A DNA stretch of 64,000 nucleotides from Phycisphaerales bacterium (GTDB taxonomy: Bacteria; Planctomycetota; Phycisphaerae; Phycisphaerales; UBA1924): NCBI GenBank assembly GCA_965227775.1, contig OZ245777.1, positions 2,432,001 to 2,496,000 of the forward strand, written 5' to 3'. Made by a program: the position numbers and the translations under genes. Numbering within the stretch: position 1 is the stretch's first letter; each line of letters opens with the position of its first letter. This document shows, one piece after another, positions 30,821 through 40,664 of the stretch. The notes under the pieces were generated by a model that was given only the letters and a program-made list of their open reading frames with translations, did not search any database and was not told where the DNA came from.

Positions 30821-32641
30821 ATGGACGCCCAGATCCGCAACTTCTCCATCATCGCCCACATCGACCACGGCAAGAGCACGCTGGCCGATCGGCTGCTGCA
30901 GGCTACCAACGCGGTGAGCGAACGCGAGCGGCGCGAGCAGACCCTGGACAACATGGAGTTGGAGCGCGAGCGGGGCATCACCATCAAGGCGTCGGCCGTG
31001 ACCGTCATGCACCAGCACGACGGCAAGCCCTACATGCTGAACTTCATCGACACGCCGGGCCACGTCGATTTCGGATACGAGGTCAGCCGGGCACTCAAGG
31101 CGTGCGAGGGCGCGATCCTTGTGGTCGATGCCAGCCAGGGCGTCGAAGCTCAGACGATCGTGAACGCATACCTCGCGGTCGCCCAGGATCTCGAAATCGT
31201 GCCCGTGCTCAACAAGATCGATCTGCCAGGTGCGCTCCCGGACGAGATCGCGATGGAGGTCGAGCAGGCCCTGGGCTTCCCGGCCGAGGATTGCTTGCGC
31301 GTGAGCGCCAAGAGCGGCATTGGCATCCCCGAATTGCTCGACGCGATCTGTGAGCGTCTGCCAGCACCTCGCGAGAGCCAGATGAAGCAGACGCGGGCTC
31401 TGATCTTCGACGCTGTGTACGACGATTATCGTGGCGTCATCGTGTACATCCGCCTCTTCGACGGCTCGCTGAAGGTTGGCGACAAGATCCGCATGATGGG
31501 TCTCGGTCGCACGTTCGCCGTCACCGAGCTTGGCAAATACACACCAAAGCCCACCAAGACCAAGGAGCTCAAGGCTGGCGAGACCGGCTACCTCATTGCC
31601 GCCATCAAGACGCTTGGCGATGTGCGTGTCGGCGACACCATCACGCTCGACATCGATCCCGCTCAGGAACCGCTGGAAGGCTATGAGCCGCCGCGGCAGA
31701 TGGTGTTCTGCGACTTCTACCCCGCCACGAGCGAGAAGAAGGGCAACGACTTCGAGAGCCTGCGCGAGGCAATCGAGAAGCTGAGCCTCAACGACGCGGC
31801 CTTCACCTTCCAGCCCGTACACAGCGAGGCCCTGGGCTTTGGCTACCGCTGCGGCTTCCTTGGCCTCTTGCACATGGACATCATCCAGGAGCGGCTGGAG
31901 CGCGAGGGCGGTGTCGAGGTCGTGCAGACCGCGCCCACGGTGAGCTACCTCGTCGATATCCGCACCAAGGGCGGCGAGCGGGACACCGTCGAGGTGCATA
32001 ACCCGGCCGACCTGCCAGATCCTTCGATGATCCTGGCGATCCGAGAGCCGATCTGCAAGGTTGAGATCATGACGCCGAAGGAGTTCATCGGCGACATCAT
32101 GACGCTGTGCCTGGGCCGCCGGGGTATCTACAAGAACCAGCAGTTCATCAGCGACACGCGCGAGTTGCTGACCTTCGAGGTGCCGCTGGCCGAGATCATC
32201 TACGACTTCTATGACAAGCTCAAGAGCATGACGAGCGGCTACGCGACGATGGACTACGAGATCGACCGCTACGAGCAGGACAGCCTTGTCAAGGTCGACA
32301 TCCTCATCAACGGCGATCCGGTCGAGGCCCTCGCACTCATTGCGCACAAGGAGCGCAGCGAGCAGCGGGGGCGCCAGCTCCTGGTCAAGCTCCGCAAGCA
32401 GATCCCACGCCACCAGTTCGAGATCCCCCTCCAGGCCGCCATCGGCGGCAAGATCATCGCTCGCGAGACCATCAAGGGCTTCCGCAAGGACGTGACCGCC
32501 AAGTGCTACGGCGGCGACGTCAGCCGAAAGCGCAAGCTGCTCGAGGCCCAGAAGAAGGGCAAGGAGCGCATGAAGAGCGTTGGCAGTGTGAGTATCCCGC
32601 AGACGGCGTTCATGGCGGTGTTGGATACGAGTGAGGACTAG
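30821..32641 (+). CDS. lepA: Elongation factor 4 (LepA)
   Basis: IRNFSIIAHIDHGKSTLADR, ERERGITIKA, CGFLGLLHMDII, KCYGGDVSRKRKLLE. Confidence 0.99.
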   Translation: MDAQIRNFSIIAHIDHGKSTLADRLLQATNAVSERERREQTLDNMELERERGITIKASAVTVMHQHDGKPYMLNFIDTPGHVDFGYEVSRALKACEGAILVVDASQGVEAQTIVNAYLAVAQDLEIVPVLNKIDLPGALPDEIAMEVEQALGFPAEDCLRVSAKSGIGIPELLDAICERLPAPRESQMKQTRALIFDAVYDDYRGVIVYIRLFDGSLKVGDKIRMMGLGRTFAVTELGKYTPKPTKTKELKAGETGYLIAAIKTLGDVRVGDTITLDIDPAQEPLEGYEPPRQMVFCDFYPATSEKKGNDFESLREAIEKLSLNDAAFTFQPVHSEALGFGYRCGFLGLLHMDIIQERLEREGGVEVVQTAPTVSYLVDIRTKGGERDTVEVHNPADLPDPSMILAIREPICKVEIMTPKEFIGDIMTLCLGRRGIYKNQQFISDTRELLTFEVPLAEIIYDFYDKLKSMTSGYATMDYEIDRYEQDSLVKVDILINGDPVEALALIAHKERSEQRGRQLLVKLRKQIPRHQFEIPLQAAIGGKIIARETIKGFRKDVTAKCYGGDVSRKRKLLEAQKKGKERMKSVGSVSIPQTAFMAVLDTSED

Positions 32642-32647
32642 CGGTCT

Positions 32648-33061
32648 TCAGTTTTCGATCTCGCCCATCTCGTAGATGTCGTCGATTGGATGGACGCGCT
32701 TTCGTAAACGTGAGCGCTTGTACAATTGGGCGAATCTGTAGCCCGGGGCCTTGGTTCCCTCAAAAGGCTCAGCGATGACAGCTTCGTGGCGAGTGGAGTC
32801 TTCACTCACGACTCCGTCAAAAATCAAAACGACGTATTCGGCTGCTTGCCGCTGAACACCGGCGTGGTTTCGTGCCTTTTGTTCGGCTTCCTCAAAGGTA
32901 TCTGCGACGCATCGGTGAAGTGTCTTTTCGCCGTTGGCGACACTGACTACGAACGGCAACAACTGGCCTGAAGCAGACAGGTCGGTCAACGCGATCCCGA
33001 TCGCCTCTATCACAAGGTCTTCGACGTCCTTGCTGATGGTGAACTCCTCACTCATACTCAC
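32648..33061 (-). CDS. Hypothetical protein, lower GC
   Basis: 137-aa ORF convergent with lepA; start may be ATG 33055. Confidence 0.65.
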   Translation of the reverse strand: MSMSEEFTISKDVEDLVIEAIGIALTDLSASGQLLPFVVSVANGEKTLHRCVADTFEEAEQKARNHAGVQRQAAEYVVLIFDGVVSEDSTRHEAVIAEPFEGTKAPGYRFAQLYKRSRLRKRVHPIDDIYEMGEIEN

Positions 33062-33115
33062 CCTTTCTGTCGTTGCCTTTCGATGAACCTCTAAGTGGTG
33101 GTAGTATCAAGTCCA

Positions 33116-33514
33116 ATGACCACCCTCCTCGAAACCATCCTCTACACCCCAGACCCAATCGCCACCGCTCGCTTCTACGCGGACGTCATCGGCTTACGCC
33201 TCCTCGAAGAGCCCAGCGAGCGCATGGCGGCGCTCCGGGTGAGCGAGGCGTCTGTGTTGCTGCTGTTCGAGCCGGAGTGGTCGGGTCGGCCGGGTCGAGA
33301 CGTTCCGAGCCACGGCGCTTCCGGGCCGGGGCACGTCGCGTTCCGCGTGGACGACTTGGATGCCTGGCCCGATCGCCTCGCGGAGCACGGCGTGGCGATC
33401 GAGCAGCGGGTGACGTGGCCGACCGGTTTCTTCAGGGCCGGCCGCTCGATCTACCTGCGCGATCCCGCCGGCAATTCGGTCGAGCTGATGGACGCCGACA
33501 TCTGGCCCGAATAG
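33116..33514 (+). CDS. VOC / glyoxalase family protein
   Basis: LETILY..ARFYADVIGL, HGASGPGHVAFRV, RSIYLRDPAGNSVEL. Confidence 0.9.
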   Translation: MTTLLETILYTPDPIATARFYADVIGLRLLEEPSERMAALRVSEASVLLLFEPEWSGRPGRDVPSHGASGPGHVAFRVDDLDAWPDRLAEHGVAIEQRVTWPTGFFRAGRSIYLRDPAGNSVELMDADIWPE

Positions 33515-33529
33515 GGGTGTGTGCATACC

Positions 33530-33561
33530 AAGAAAAAGCCCGCATCTGATGGACGCGGGCC
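33530..33561 (-). terminator. Intrinsic terminator downstream of tRNA-Asn
   Basis: Minus strand GCCCGC...GCGGGC followed by TTTTTCTT. Confidence 0.7.
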
Positions 33562-33568
33562 TGGGAAG

Positions 33569-33640
33569 CTCCCCGAGCAGGACTCGAACCTGCAACCTAG
33601 CGGTTAACAGCCGCTCGCTCTACCATTGAGCTATCGGGGA
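33569..33640 (-). tRNA. tRNA-Asn (GTT); CCA not encoded
   Basis: TCCCCGATAGCTCAATGGTAGAGCGAGCGGCTGTTAACCGCTAGGTTGCAGGTTCGAGTCCTGCTCGGGGAG: acceptor stem, D arm, GTT anticodon, GTTCGA T loop. Confidence 0.97.
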
Positions 33641-33755
33641 TCGGCGAGATGTCGAGCCGAAAGCGTAAGCGCCACTTTCCCAGCGTCAAGAGAACGCAGG
33701 CCCGTGCGGGCCAAAGATCGGCTGTTCGTTGACCGTCCTGAACGGGGGATTCCAA

Positions 33756-34556
33756 GTGCCAAACATCGTCCGTACTGTTCGTCGCCCTGTTGCTGTCCGT
33801 CGTGGCAACCTGCTCGTGGGTTGCCTGGCCGTCCTTGGCGTCATTGCGGCGCTGGTGGTCGTTGGTGGCATCGTCGTGTGGATGAACTGGAAGGGCTGGT
33901 CGGCCGACCTGATGAACACCGGCATGAAGGCGGCGGTGGAGCAGTCGCAGCTGCCGGCCGGTCAGCAGACCCGCATCAACACGCAAATCGATCAGCTCAC
34001 CGAGGCGTTCCGGGCTGGGGACGTGACCTTCGAGGATCTCGTGAAGGTCGGCGAGGCCATGGAGAATCACCCGATCCTCCCGATCGGCGTGCTCGAGTTC
34101 ATCGAGTACAACAGCCTGAAGGTTGATGGACTGACCGACGAAGAGCGGGAAGCGGGCGCGCGGGCGACGCAGCGTTTGCAGCGGGCCGCAGTCGACGGTC
34201 AGTTGGTTCTGGAAGACCTTGACCCGATGCTCGAACCGATCTCACAGCGCAATGCCGACGGTGGCCTCGAGCCTCTCCAGAACCCGACGGCCCCGCAGGT
34301 GCGACTCTACATCGAGGGTGCGCAGAAGAAGGCCGATGAGCTTGGCATCCCCGATGAGCCATACGACGTTGATGTCGCCGAGCAGATCGAGCGTCTGATC
34401 AACGACACACTGGGCCGTGAGGTCGTGAGCGCCCCGGCACCAGAGAGCGAGGCGCCGGCCGATCCGGCTGTTCCGGCTGATCAGGGAGACGAGCCCGCGA
34501 GCGACCCGGTCGAAGATCCGGCTGACGCGCCGGGCGAGGGCTCGGGCGGCGGCTGA
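33756..34556 (+). CDS. Membrane-anchored hypothetical protein
   Basis: RRGNLLVGCLAVLG single TM; acidic low-complexity tail; genome-typical codon usage. Confidence 0.75.
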   Translation: MPNIVRTVRRPVAVRRGNLLVGCLAVLGVIAALVVVGGIVVWMNWKGWSADLMNTGMKAAVEQSQLPAGQQTRINTQIDQLTEAFRAGDVTFEDLVKVGEAMENHPILPIGVLEFIEYNSLKVDGLTDEEREAGARATQRLQRAAVDGQLVLEDLDPMLEPISQRNADGGLEPLQNPTAPQVRLYIEGAQKKADELGIPDEPYDVDVAEQIERLINDTLGREVVSAPAPESEAPADPAVPADQGDEPASDPVEDPADAPGEGSGGG

Positions 34557-35836
34557 AGCTTCCGGCTGGCGAACCGGACGCCGAATCCGATCGCGAGCAG
34601 GCCCAGCATGACGCCAAGCACGATCGGCTCGATGAAGACGGCCAGCGACACGCAGCCGGCGAGGCCGAGCGTGCTGACCCATCGCGCGACGAACCGACCC
34701 TCACCCACGCGCATCGCGGCGACGTTGGTGATCGCGTAGTACACCAGCACCGCGGCCGCCGCGAGTGACCAGGCGTGGGGCACCGTTCCCACAACGATCA
34801 CCAGTGCGATGCCCGCGACGACGCACACCGTGGCGATGGCGGGCACGCCCTGGCGATCGACGCGCGCGAGCGGCGTGGGCAGATCGCGCTCGCGACCCGC
34901 GGCGAGTGCGACCCGGGCGAGGCCCATGATCAGGTTGAGTTGCACCGCCAAGAGTGCCGCGGCAGCGCCGATCCCGAGCATGATCGCCAGCGTCGGGGCT
35001 TCGACCGCTCGCGCCACCGGCAGCAGCGGGGCCGCATCTTCCGCAGAGCGTGTACCAAACTCGGCAGGGCCGAGCACGCCCAATCCGGTCAGGGCAACCA
35101 GCGCGTACAACACGACGGCAACGCCCAGCGTGGTGACGACCGCTCGGGGGATCGTCCGGTGTGGCTCGCGGACCTCTTCGCCCATCGTCGCGATCCGCGC
35201 AAAGCCGGCGAACGCGACGAACGACAGGGCCGCCGCCTCGAGCACGCCGGGCGCAGAGATCGGGCGATCGGCGATCGCCGACCAGGAAAGCTCCTGCCAT
35301 CCTCGCCACGCCGCAGGCGCCGCGGCGATCACCATCGTCAGCAGCGCGAACGCGGTGATAAACAAGAGCACGAAGTTGAACCGCACCGATCGCGTCACGC
35401 CTGCCAGCGCCATCGCGGCAACGACGAGCAGCGAGCCAAGAGCCGCAAGCGTCATGGTGGTGCCATCGCCCGGCTTGCCCGTGGCCCATGCGATGAGCCC
35501 GCCGAGACCGAGGGCCGCCGTCGCGCACGAGGCGGTCTTGGCGATCAGGAACACCGAGCCGGCCGTGAAGCCCGCCAGCGGGTGCACGAACCGATAGCCG
35601 TACGCGTACGTCCCGCCGCTCACCGGGTGCGCAGCTGCGAGCTGCGCGCTGCTCAGCCCGTTGCACATCGCTAGCCCGCCGGCGATGGCGATCGCCAGCA
35701 AGAGCCATGGTCCCGCCAACCCCGCACCAAGGCCGAGCGTAACGAACGCGCCGGTGCCGATGATCGAGCCCAGCCCAACGCCAACGGCCCCGGGCAGGGT
35801 GATGACGCGGCGGAGCTCATTCGTCGGCGTGGTCAT
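34481..35836 (-). CDS. APC family amino acid permease
   Basis: GLGSIIGTGAF, HPVSGGTYAYG, FAGFARIATMGEEVREP. Confidence 0.9.
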   Translation of the reverse strand: MTTPTNELRRVITLPGAVGVGLGSIIGTGAFVTLGLGAGLAGPWLLLAIAIAGGLAMCNGLSSAQLAAAHPVSGGTYAYGYRFVHPLAGFTAGSVFLIAKTASCATAALGLGGLIAWATGKPGDGTTMTLAALGSLLVVAAMALAGVTRSVRFNFVLLFITAFALLTMVIAAAPAAWRGWQELSWSAIADRPISAPGVLEAAALSFVAFAGFARIATMGEEVREPHRTIPRAVVTTLGVAVVLYALVALTGLGVLGPAEFGTRSAEDAAPLLPVARAVEAPTLAIMLGIGAAAALLAVQLNLIMGLARVALAAGRERDLPTPLARVDRQGVPAIATVCVVAGIALVIVVGTVPHAWSLAAAAVLVYYAITNVAAMRVGEGRFVARWVSTLGLAGCVSLAVFIEPIVLGVMLGLLAIGFGVRFASRKLQPPPEPSPGASAGSSTGSLAGSSP

Positions 35837-35839
35837 CGT

Positions 35840-37249
35840 CTATCCGATTGTTGTCTGCCCGTTCATGTACGGCCGCAGCACCTGAGGGATCGTGACCGAC
35901 CCGTCGGCGTTCTGGTGCATTTCGATGAGCGGGATCAGGAACCGAGGGCTTGCGAGCACCGTGTTGTTCAGCGAGTGGCAGAACGTCGTCGCGCCCTTGC
36001 CCTGTGCGCCGCCCTGGCGATACCGCAGGTTCAGTCGCCGGCACTGGAAGTCGTAGAGCCGGCTCGCGCTGTGCGTCTCGCCCCAATCGCCCTGGCCCTC
36101 GTCGCCGCGGCTGGGCATCCAGCACTCCACGTCGATCATGTCGGCGTTCTTCTGCCCAAGGTCACCCGCGCAGCACTGCAACAGGCGGTAGGGCAGCCCG
36201 AGGCCCTGCAAGAGCTCCTCAACGTAGCCGATCATCTCCTGGTGCCAGCGGCGGCTTTCGGCCTCGTCCGCCTTGCAGATGACCACCTGCTCGACCTTTT
36301 CAAAGTAATGCACGCGGTACAGGCCCGCCGTGTCCTTGCCCGCAGCCCCAGCCTCGCGGCGGTAGCAGGGCGAGAGCGTGCAGAGCCGGATGGGCAGGTC
36401 CGCCTCGTCGACGATCTCGTCCATGTGGAAGCCCATCAGGCCGACCTCGCCCGTGCCCGTCAGGTAGCCGTCGGCCTCCCATTGCGGCTGATCCGCGTCG
36501 CCCTTCTCGTGGATGCCCACCTCGTACGTCTGCTCGCGCCCGCCGGGGAAGAAGCCCGTGCCGACCATCGCGTGCTCGCGCACGACGCTCGGGGCGCTCA
36601 CGGGCGTAAAACCCTTGGCGATGATCTGGTCGAACGCGTACCGCAGCACCGCTTGATGCAGCCGGAACCCATCGCCGGTCAGCACGTAGCTGCGCGAGCC
36701 GCTCAGCTTCACGCCACGCTCGAAGTCGATGAGGCCGTGCTGCTCGGCGATCTCGGTATGGCTCTTGGCGGCGAATCCCTTCTGGTTGGCGAAGGGCGCC
36801 GCGGGGTCAAAGCCGTCGGGCGACCACCGCCGGATCTCGACGTTGTCCTCGCTGCCCGCGCCGTCGGGCACGTCGGCGTCGGGCGGCTGGGGGATCGTGA
36901 GGAGCAATCCTTGCAGCTCGGGCTCGACGCCTGCCAGCTCGGTTTCGAGCCTCTCGATCTCCGCCTTCAGCCTCGCCGGCCCGGCCTTCAGCCCCTCCAT
37001 CTCGGCCTGCAGCTTCGCCTTCTCTTCGCCCTCGGCGCCCTTGAGAGCTTTCGAGAGCTGCCCCATCCGCGGCCCCATCTCCTTGGCGAGCTTGTTCTGC
37101 TCGGCCTTGAGCGTCTCGCGCCGCGTCGTCAGGTCCCGCCGCTGCGCGTCCAGGGCCAGCACGCGGTCGATATCGACGCCCGACCCCTTGCGGGCCGCGC
37201 CTCGTTTGTAGTGCTCGGGGTCTTCGCGCAGGTGCTTGAGGTCGATCAT
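35840..37249 (-). CDS. serS: Serine--tRNA ligase
   Basis: MIDLKHLRE N-terminal coiled coil; GTGEV, CYRREAGAAGKDTAGLYRVHYFEKVEQ, ETHSAS, HSLNNT. Confidence 0.97.
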   Translation of the reverse strand: MIDLKHLREDPEHYKRGAARKGSGVDIDRVLALDAQRRDLTTRRETLKAEQNKLAKEMGPRMGQLSKALKGAEGEEKAKLQAEMEGLKAGPARLKAEIERLETELAGVEPELQGLLLTIPQPPDADVPDGAGSEDNVEIRRWSPDGFDPAAPFANQKGFAAKSHTEIAEQHGLIDFERGVKLSGSRSYVLTGDGFRLHQAVLRYAFDQIIAKGFTPVSAPSVVREHAMVGTGFFPGGREQTYEVGIHEKGDADQPQWEADGYLTGTGEVGLMGFHMDEIVDEADLPIRLCTLSPCYRREAGAAGKDTAGLYRVHYFEKVEQVVICKADEAESRRWHQEMIGYVEELLQGLGLPYRLLQCCAGDLGQKNADMIDVECWMPSRGDEGQGDWGETHSASRLYDFQCRRLNLRYRQGGAQGKGATTFCHSLNNTVLASPRFLIPLIEMHQNADGSVTIPQVLRPYMNGQTTIG

Positions 37250-37282
37250 GGGCCGGGATGGTACGCGGCTCTCCGGATGGGC

Positions 37283-38019
37283 TCAGCCGCCTCGCTGCAC
37301 TCCGACGAGCTTGGCCCCCGCCCCGCACTCCGGGCACGCCGCGCCGGCGTCGAGCCCGCCCCGGTCATACCCGCACGCGGCGCACCGCCCACGCCGCCGC
37401 CGCACCGTGCGACGAATCACGCCCGGCGTGCGCCACGCGATGAACAGCAGCAGGGCGTAGAAGCCCGTGTTGATGGCGAAGCCGGGCCAGAGGGGGAGCA
37501 GGGGGAGGGCGAAGCGGGTCGAGAAGAAAGCGGGATGCGCGTCGTCTGGCCACGCCTGGATGCCGCCGCGCAGCGACAGGCCCGGCGTCTGCGCCACCGC
37601 CACGGCCGAGCGCGGCTCGTCCTGATCGCGCTGGTAGTACCACTGCCGGAGGCTCATGGCGGGCCAGCCGCAGTCCGACATGGTGAGTACCTCGAAGTGG
37701 AAGTAATCCTCGCCGTCCTCGTCCCAGGAGAAGAAGGCGTGGCTCATGATCCGCTCCCATCCAAGCTGGTCGCGTCGTCCCGACATCCACTCCGGGAAGC
37801 CTCGATTGTCGGCAACTTCGTCGAGCGGGATGGCAATCGCGTCCCATTGCGCCGCGCTGAAACCCGTGTACATGCCCGCACTTGGGGGAACGCTCGACAC
37901 AACGCGACGATCGAATCTCCAGAGATACGCGGCATAAATGCCCACGACGAGAGCACCGTCGCGACCGCCCCCAGCAGGACGAAGACGAGCGGCGTGGCGA
38001 TGGCCTGGCGGCGACGCAT
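37283..38019 (-). pseudogene. Membrane protein with C-terminal zinc ribbon, frameshifted near 37938
   Basis: N-terminus MRRRQAIATPLVFVLLGAVATVLSSWA is in a different frame from the body (IYAAYLW...PLLPLWPGFAINT...RRRRGRCAACGYD..CPECG). Confidence 0.7.
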
Positions 38020-38052
38020 CGCAAGAGTGTACCGCAGGGGTAGCGATTGGAT

Positions 38053-38817
38053 TCAGCGCAATGCTCGGAGGATCGGTCCGAGGGCCCGCCCTGCGCCAAC
38101 CGCCTCCATGAGAGCCGAGCCGACGATCACGCCGTCGCATGCGCCGCGCAGGGCGTCGACGTGGGCCTTCTCGCGGATGCCGAAGCCGGCGCACACAGGG
38201 ATGGTTGCGGCGGCCTTGACCCTCTTGAGATACTGCACGATGCTCGATTGGTCGGAGCGGTGCTGGCCCGTGACGCCCACGCTCGTGACGGCGTACACAA
38301 AGCCCGTGGCCTGCGCGGCGATGCGAGCGAGTCGTTCGTCGCTCGTGACGGGACTAACCATGCCGATCGTCGCTAGGCCGGCGTCGGTGACGGACCGAGC
38401 CATATCGGTCGCCTCGAGGGGCAGATCGGGCACGATCACGCCGTGCACGCCGGCGGCTTGGGCATCGTCGGCGAGCCGATCGAGTCCGTACGCCAAGAGT
38501 GGGTTGAGGTAGCCCATCAGCAGCAGCGGAGCGGCCAGTGTGCCCTCGAGATCGCGGAGCGTGCCCATGATCTTCTGCATCGTGGTGCCGGCCGACAGCG
38601 CTGCCCGGGCTGTTTCCTGGAGTGATCCGCCATCGGCGATGGGGTTACTGAATGGGATGCCCACCTCGACCACATCAGCGTGCGCGCAGGCGTCGGCGAG
38701 AATGGCGGGGAAGGCGTCCATGCTCGGGTAGCCGGCAGTGACGTACGCGACCAGGGCGATGCCGTGCGTATCGCGGCCAGTCTCAACGGCCTTGGATATC
38801 CGTTCGTGCGCCTGCAT
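38053..38817 (-). CDS. trpA: Tryptophan synthase alpha chain
   Basis: YVTAGYP, EVGIPFSNPIADG, MGYLNP, IVPDLP, GVTG, GFGI, GVIVGSA. Confidence 0.96.
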   Translation of the reverse strand: MQAHERISKAVETGRDTHGIALVAYVTAGYPSMDAFPAILADACAHADVVEVGIPFSNPIADGGSLQETARAALSAGTTMQKIMGTLRDLEGTLAAPLLLMGYLNPLLAYGLDRLADDAQAAGVHGVIVPDLPLEATDMARSVTDAGLATIGMVSPVTSDERLARIAAQATGFVYAVTSVGVTGQHRSDQSSIVQYLKRVKAAATIPVCAGFGIREKAHVDALRGACDGVIVGSALMEAVGAGRALGPILRALR

Positions 38818-38820
38818 GGT

Positions 38821-40050
38821 CTACGCGCCCTCCTGCTCTGCGAGACGAGTCAGGATCGGCATGTCCTTGTCACCACGGCCGCAGACATTGACCAGCACGG
38901 TGGGGTTGTCGCGCCCCTCGCAGAGCCGCTTCGCCAGCGCGAGCGCGTGCGCTGGCTCGACGGCGGGCAGGATGCCCTCGAGCCGAGAGAGCTCGTCGAG
39001 CGCAGCTATAGCCCCGTTATCACGAACCGCGTGGTACTTCACTCGCCCAACGTGCGCGAGTAGGGCGTGCTCGGGGCCGATGGCGGGGTAGTCGAGGCCG
39101 GCCGAAACCGACTGCGTGTCGCTCACCTGGCCGTCGTTGTCCTGGAGCAGCATGGATCGCGAACCGTGCAGCACGCCCGGTGTGCCTCCGCTCATGGTCG
39201 CCGCGTGCTGGCCAACGCCCGCCCCGACACCGCCTGCCTCAGCGCCGTGCAGTTCGACACCGGCATCACCCAGGAATCCGTGGAAGAAGCCGATCGCGTT
39301 GCTGCCGCCCCCAACGCACGCGACCGCGATGTCTGGCAGCATCCATGCCTGCTCGAGCATCTGCCGCCTGCACTCCAAGCCGACGACCTTCTGGAACTCG
39401 CGGACGATCCAGGGAAACGGGTGCGGCCCGACGGCACTGCCCAGGATGTAGTGCGTGCCGGTTGGATCACCCACCCAATGGCGGATGGCCTCATCTACAG
39501 CACTGCGGAGCGTCGCGTCGCCGGTTGTCACGGGCCGGACCTCGGCACCCATGCGACGCATACGCACGACGTTGGGGGCCTGGCGTTCGACGTCCTTCGC
39601 GCCCATGTACACGATGCACGGCAGCCCCACGCGTGCGCACGCCGCTGCCGTCGCCACACCGTGCTGGCCCGCGCCCGTTTCGGCGACGACGCGCTCGGCC
39701 CCGATCCGCTTGGCGATCAGAGCTTGGCCGAGCGCATTGTTGATCTTGTGCGCCCCAGTATGAGCGAGATCCTCGCGCTTCAGCCACACTTGGGCCTTCC
39801 AAGCATGGCTGAGCTGCGGCGCGTACATCAAGGGTGTCGGCCGACCGATCCAGGTTTCCTGGTGCTGTCGCAGTTCGATGTGAAATGCGGCGTCAACCAA
39901 AGCATCCCTCGCGCCCGACTCGAACCGCTCGAGCGCGGGCACGAGCGTTTCTGGCACGAAACGACCACCAAAGGGGCCAAAGAAACCGTCGGTGTCTGGC
40001 AACTTGCCATCAATAAGCTGTCGCAGCAGGTCGTTGGCTTCCGTGCTCAA
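38821..40050 (-). CDS. trpB: Tryptophan synthase beta chain
   Basis: KREDLAHTGAHKINN, AETGAGQHG, CVGGGSNAIG, SAGLDYP, GRGDKD. Confidence 0.98.
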   Translation of the reverse strand: MSTEANDLLRQLIDGKLPDTDGFFGPFGGRFVPETLVPALERFESGARDALVDAAFHIELRQHQETWIGRPTPLMYAPQLSHAWKAQVWLKREDLAHTGAHKINNALGQALIAKRIGAERVVAETGAGQHGVATAAACARVGLPCIVYMGAKDVERQAPNVVRMRRMGAEVRPVTTGDATLRSAVDEAIRHWVGDPTGTHYILGSAVGPHPFPWIVREFQKVVGLECRRQMLEQAWMLPDIAVACVGGGSNAIGFFHGFLGDAGVELHGAEAGGVGAGVGQHAATMSGGTPGVLHGSRSMLLQDNDGQVSDTQSVSAGLDYPAIGPEHALLAHVGRVKYHAVRDNGAIAALDELSRLEGILPAVEPAHALALAKRLCEGRDNPTVLVNVCGRGDKDMPILTRLAEQEGA

Positions 40051-40664
40051 CCTTGCTCCCCTTCCCGAACCGCCGCGACGAAGTCACGGATCATGCCAGC
40101 ATCTTTCATTCCCGGTCCGCGTTCGACGCCCGAGGATACGTCCACCGCGAAGGGTCGGAGTGTACGGACAACGTCGGCTACATTGTCGATGCGCAATCCG
40201 CCCGCGATGACGACGCGGTACCGCGGCACCCACGGCTTCGCATCTTGCCAGGGTGCGGGCTCGCCCGTGCCAGAGTCCTGGCCCTCGATCAAGACCAACT
40301 GGCCGGCGAGACCATCCAAATCATCTTCGAACTCGGAACCCAGGCGGAGGACTGGCACGCGCCTGTCTTGTCGTATCACCGCGAGCGAGCCGGCAAAGTC
40401 GGCAAGGTCCGATTGATGCAACGTCCACGGCGGCAGCACGCCCGTAGCCCGCTCGACGAGTTGTGGCTCAGGATGGCGATACACCGCAACGCCTGCGACA
40501 TATCCCGGAAGGTGTGAAAGCAACTCTGCGGCTTGCTCGGGCGATACCTGCCTCTTCGATGGACTGAGTACCACGCCGACGGCGTCCACGCCCGCATCGA
40601 TGCAGGCGTCAGCCATCTCGGGCGTTGTAAGCCCGCACACTTTGACGCGAACCCGGTCAGGCAC
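40047..40664 (-). CDS. trpF: Phosphoribosylanthranilate isomerase
   Basis: VKVCGLT, SPSKRQV, AGGL..DNV, VDVSSGVE..PGMKD. Confidence 0.95.
   Translation of the reverse strand: MPDRVRVKVCGLTTPEMADACIDAGVDAVGVVLSPSKRQVSPEQAAELLSHLPGYVAGVAVYRHPEPQLVERATGVLPPWTLHQSDLADFAGSLAVIRQDRRVPVLRLGSEFEDDLDGLAGQLVLIEGQDSGTGEPAPWQDAKPWVPRYRVVIAGGLRIDNVADVVRTLRPFAVDVSSGVERGPGMKDAGMIRDFVAAVREGEQG

Noticed and set aside
33569..33640. tRNA-anchored integrative element
   Set aside because: No integrase and no duplicated tRNA 3' end found in the window.
37250..37282. T-box or other leader for serS
   Set aside because: Only about 33 nt of intergenic space and no T-box motif.
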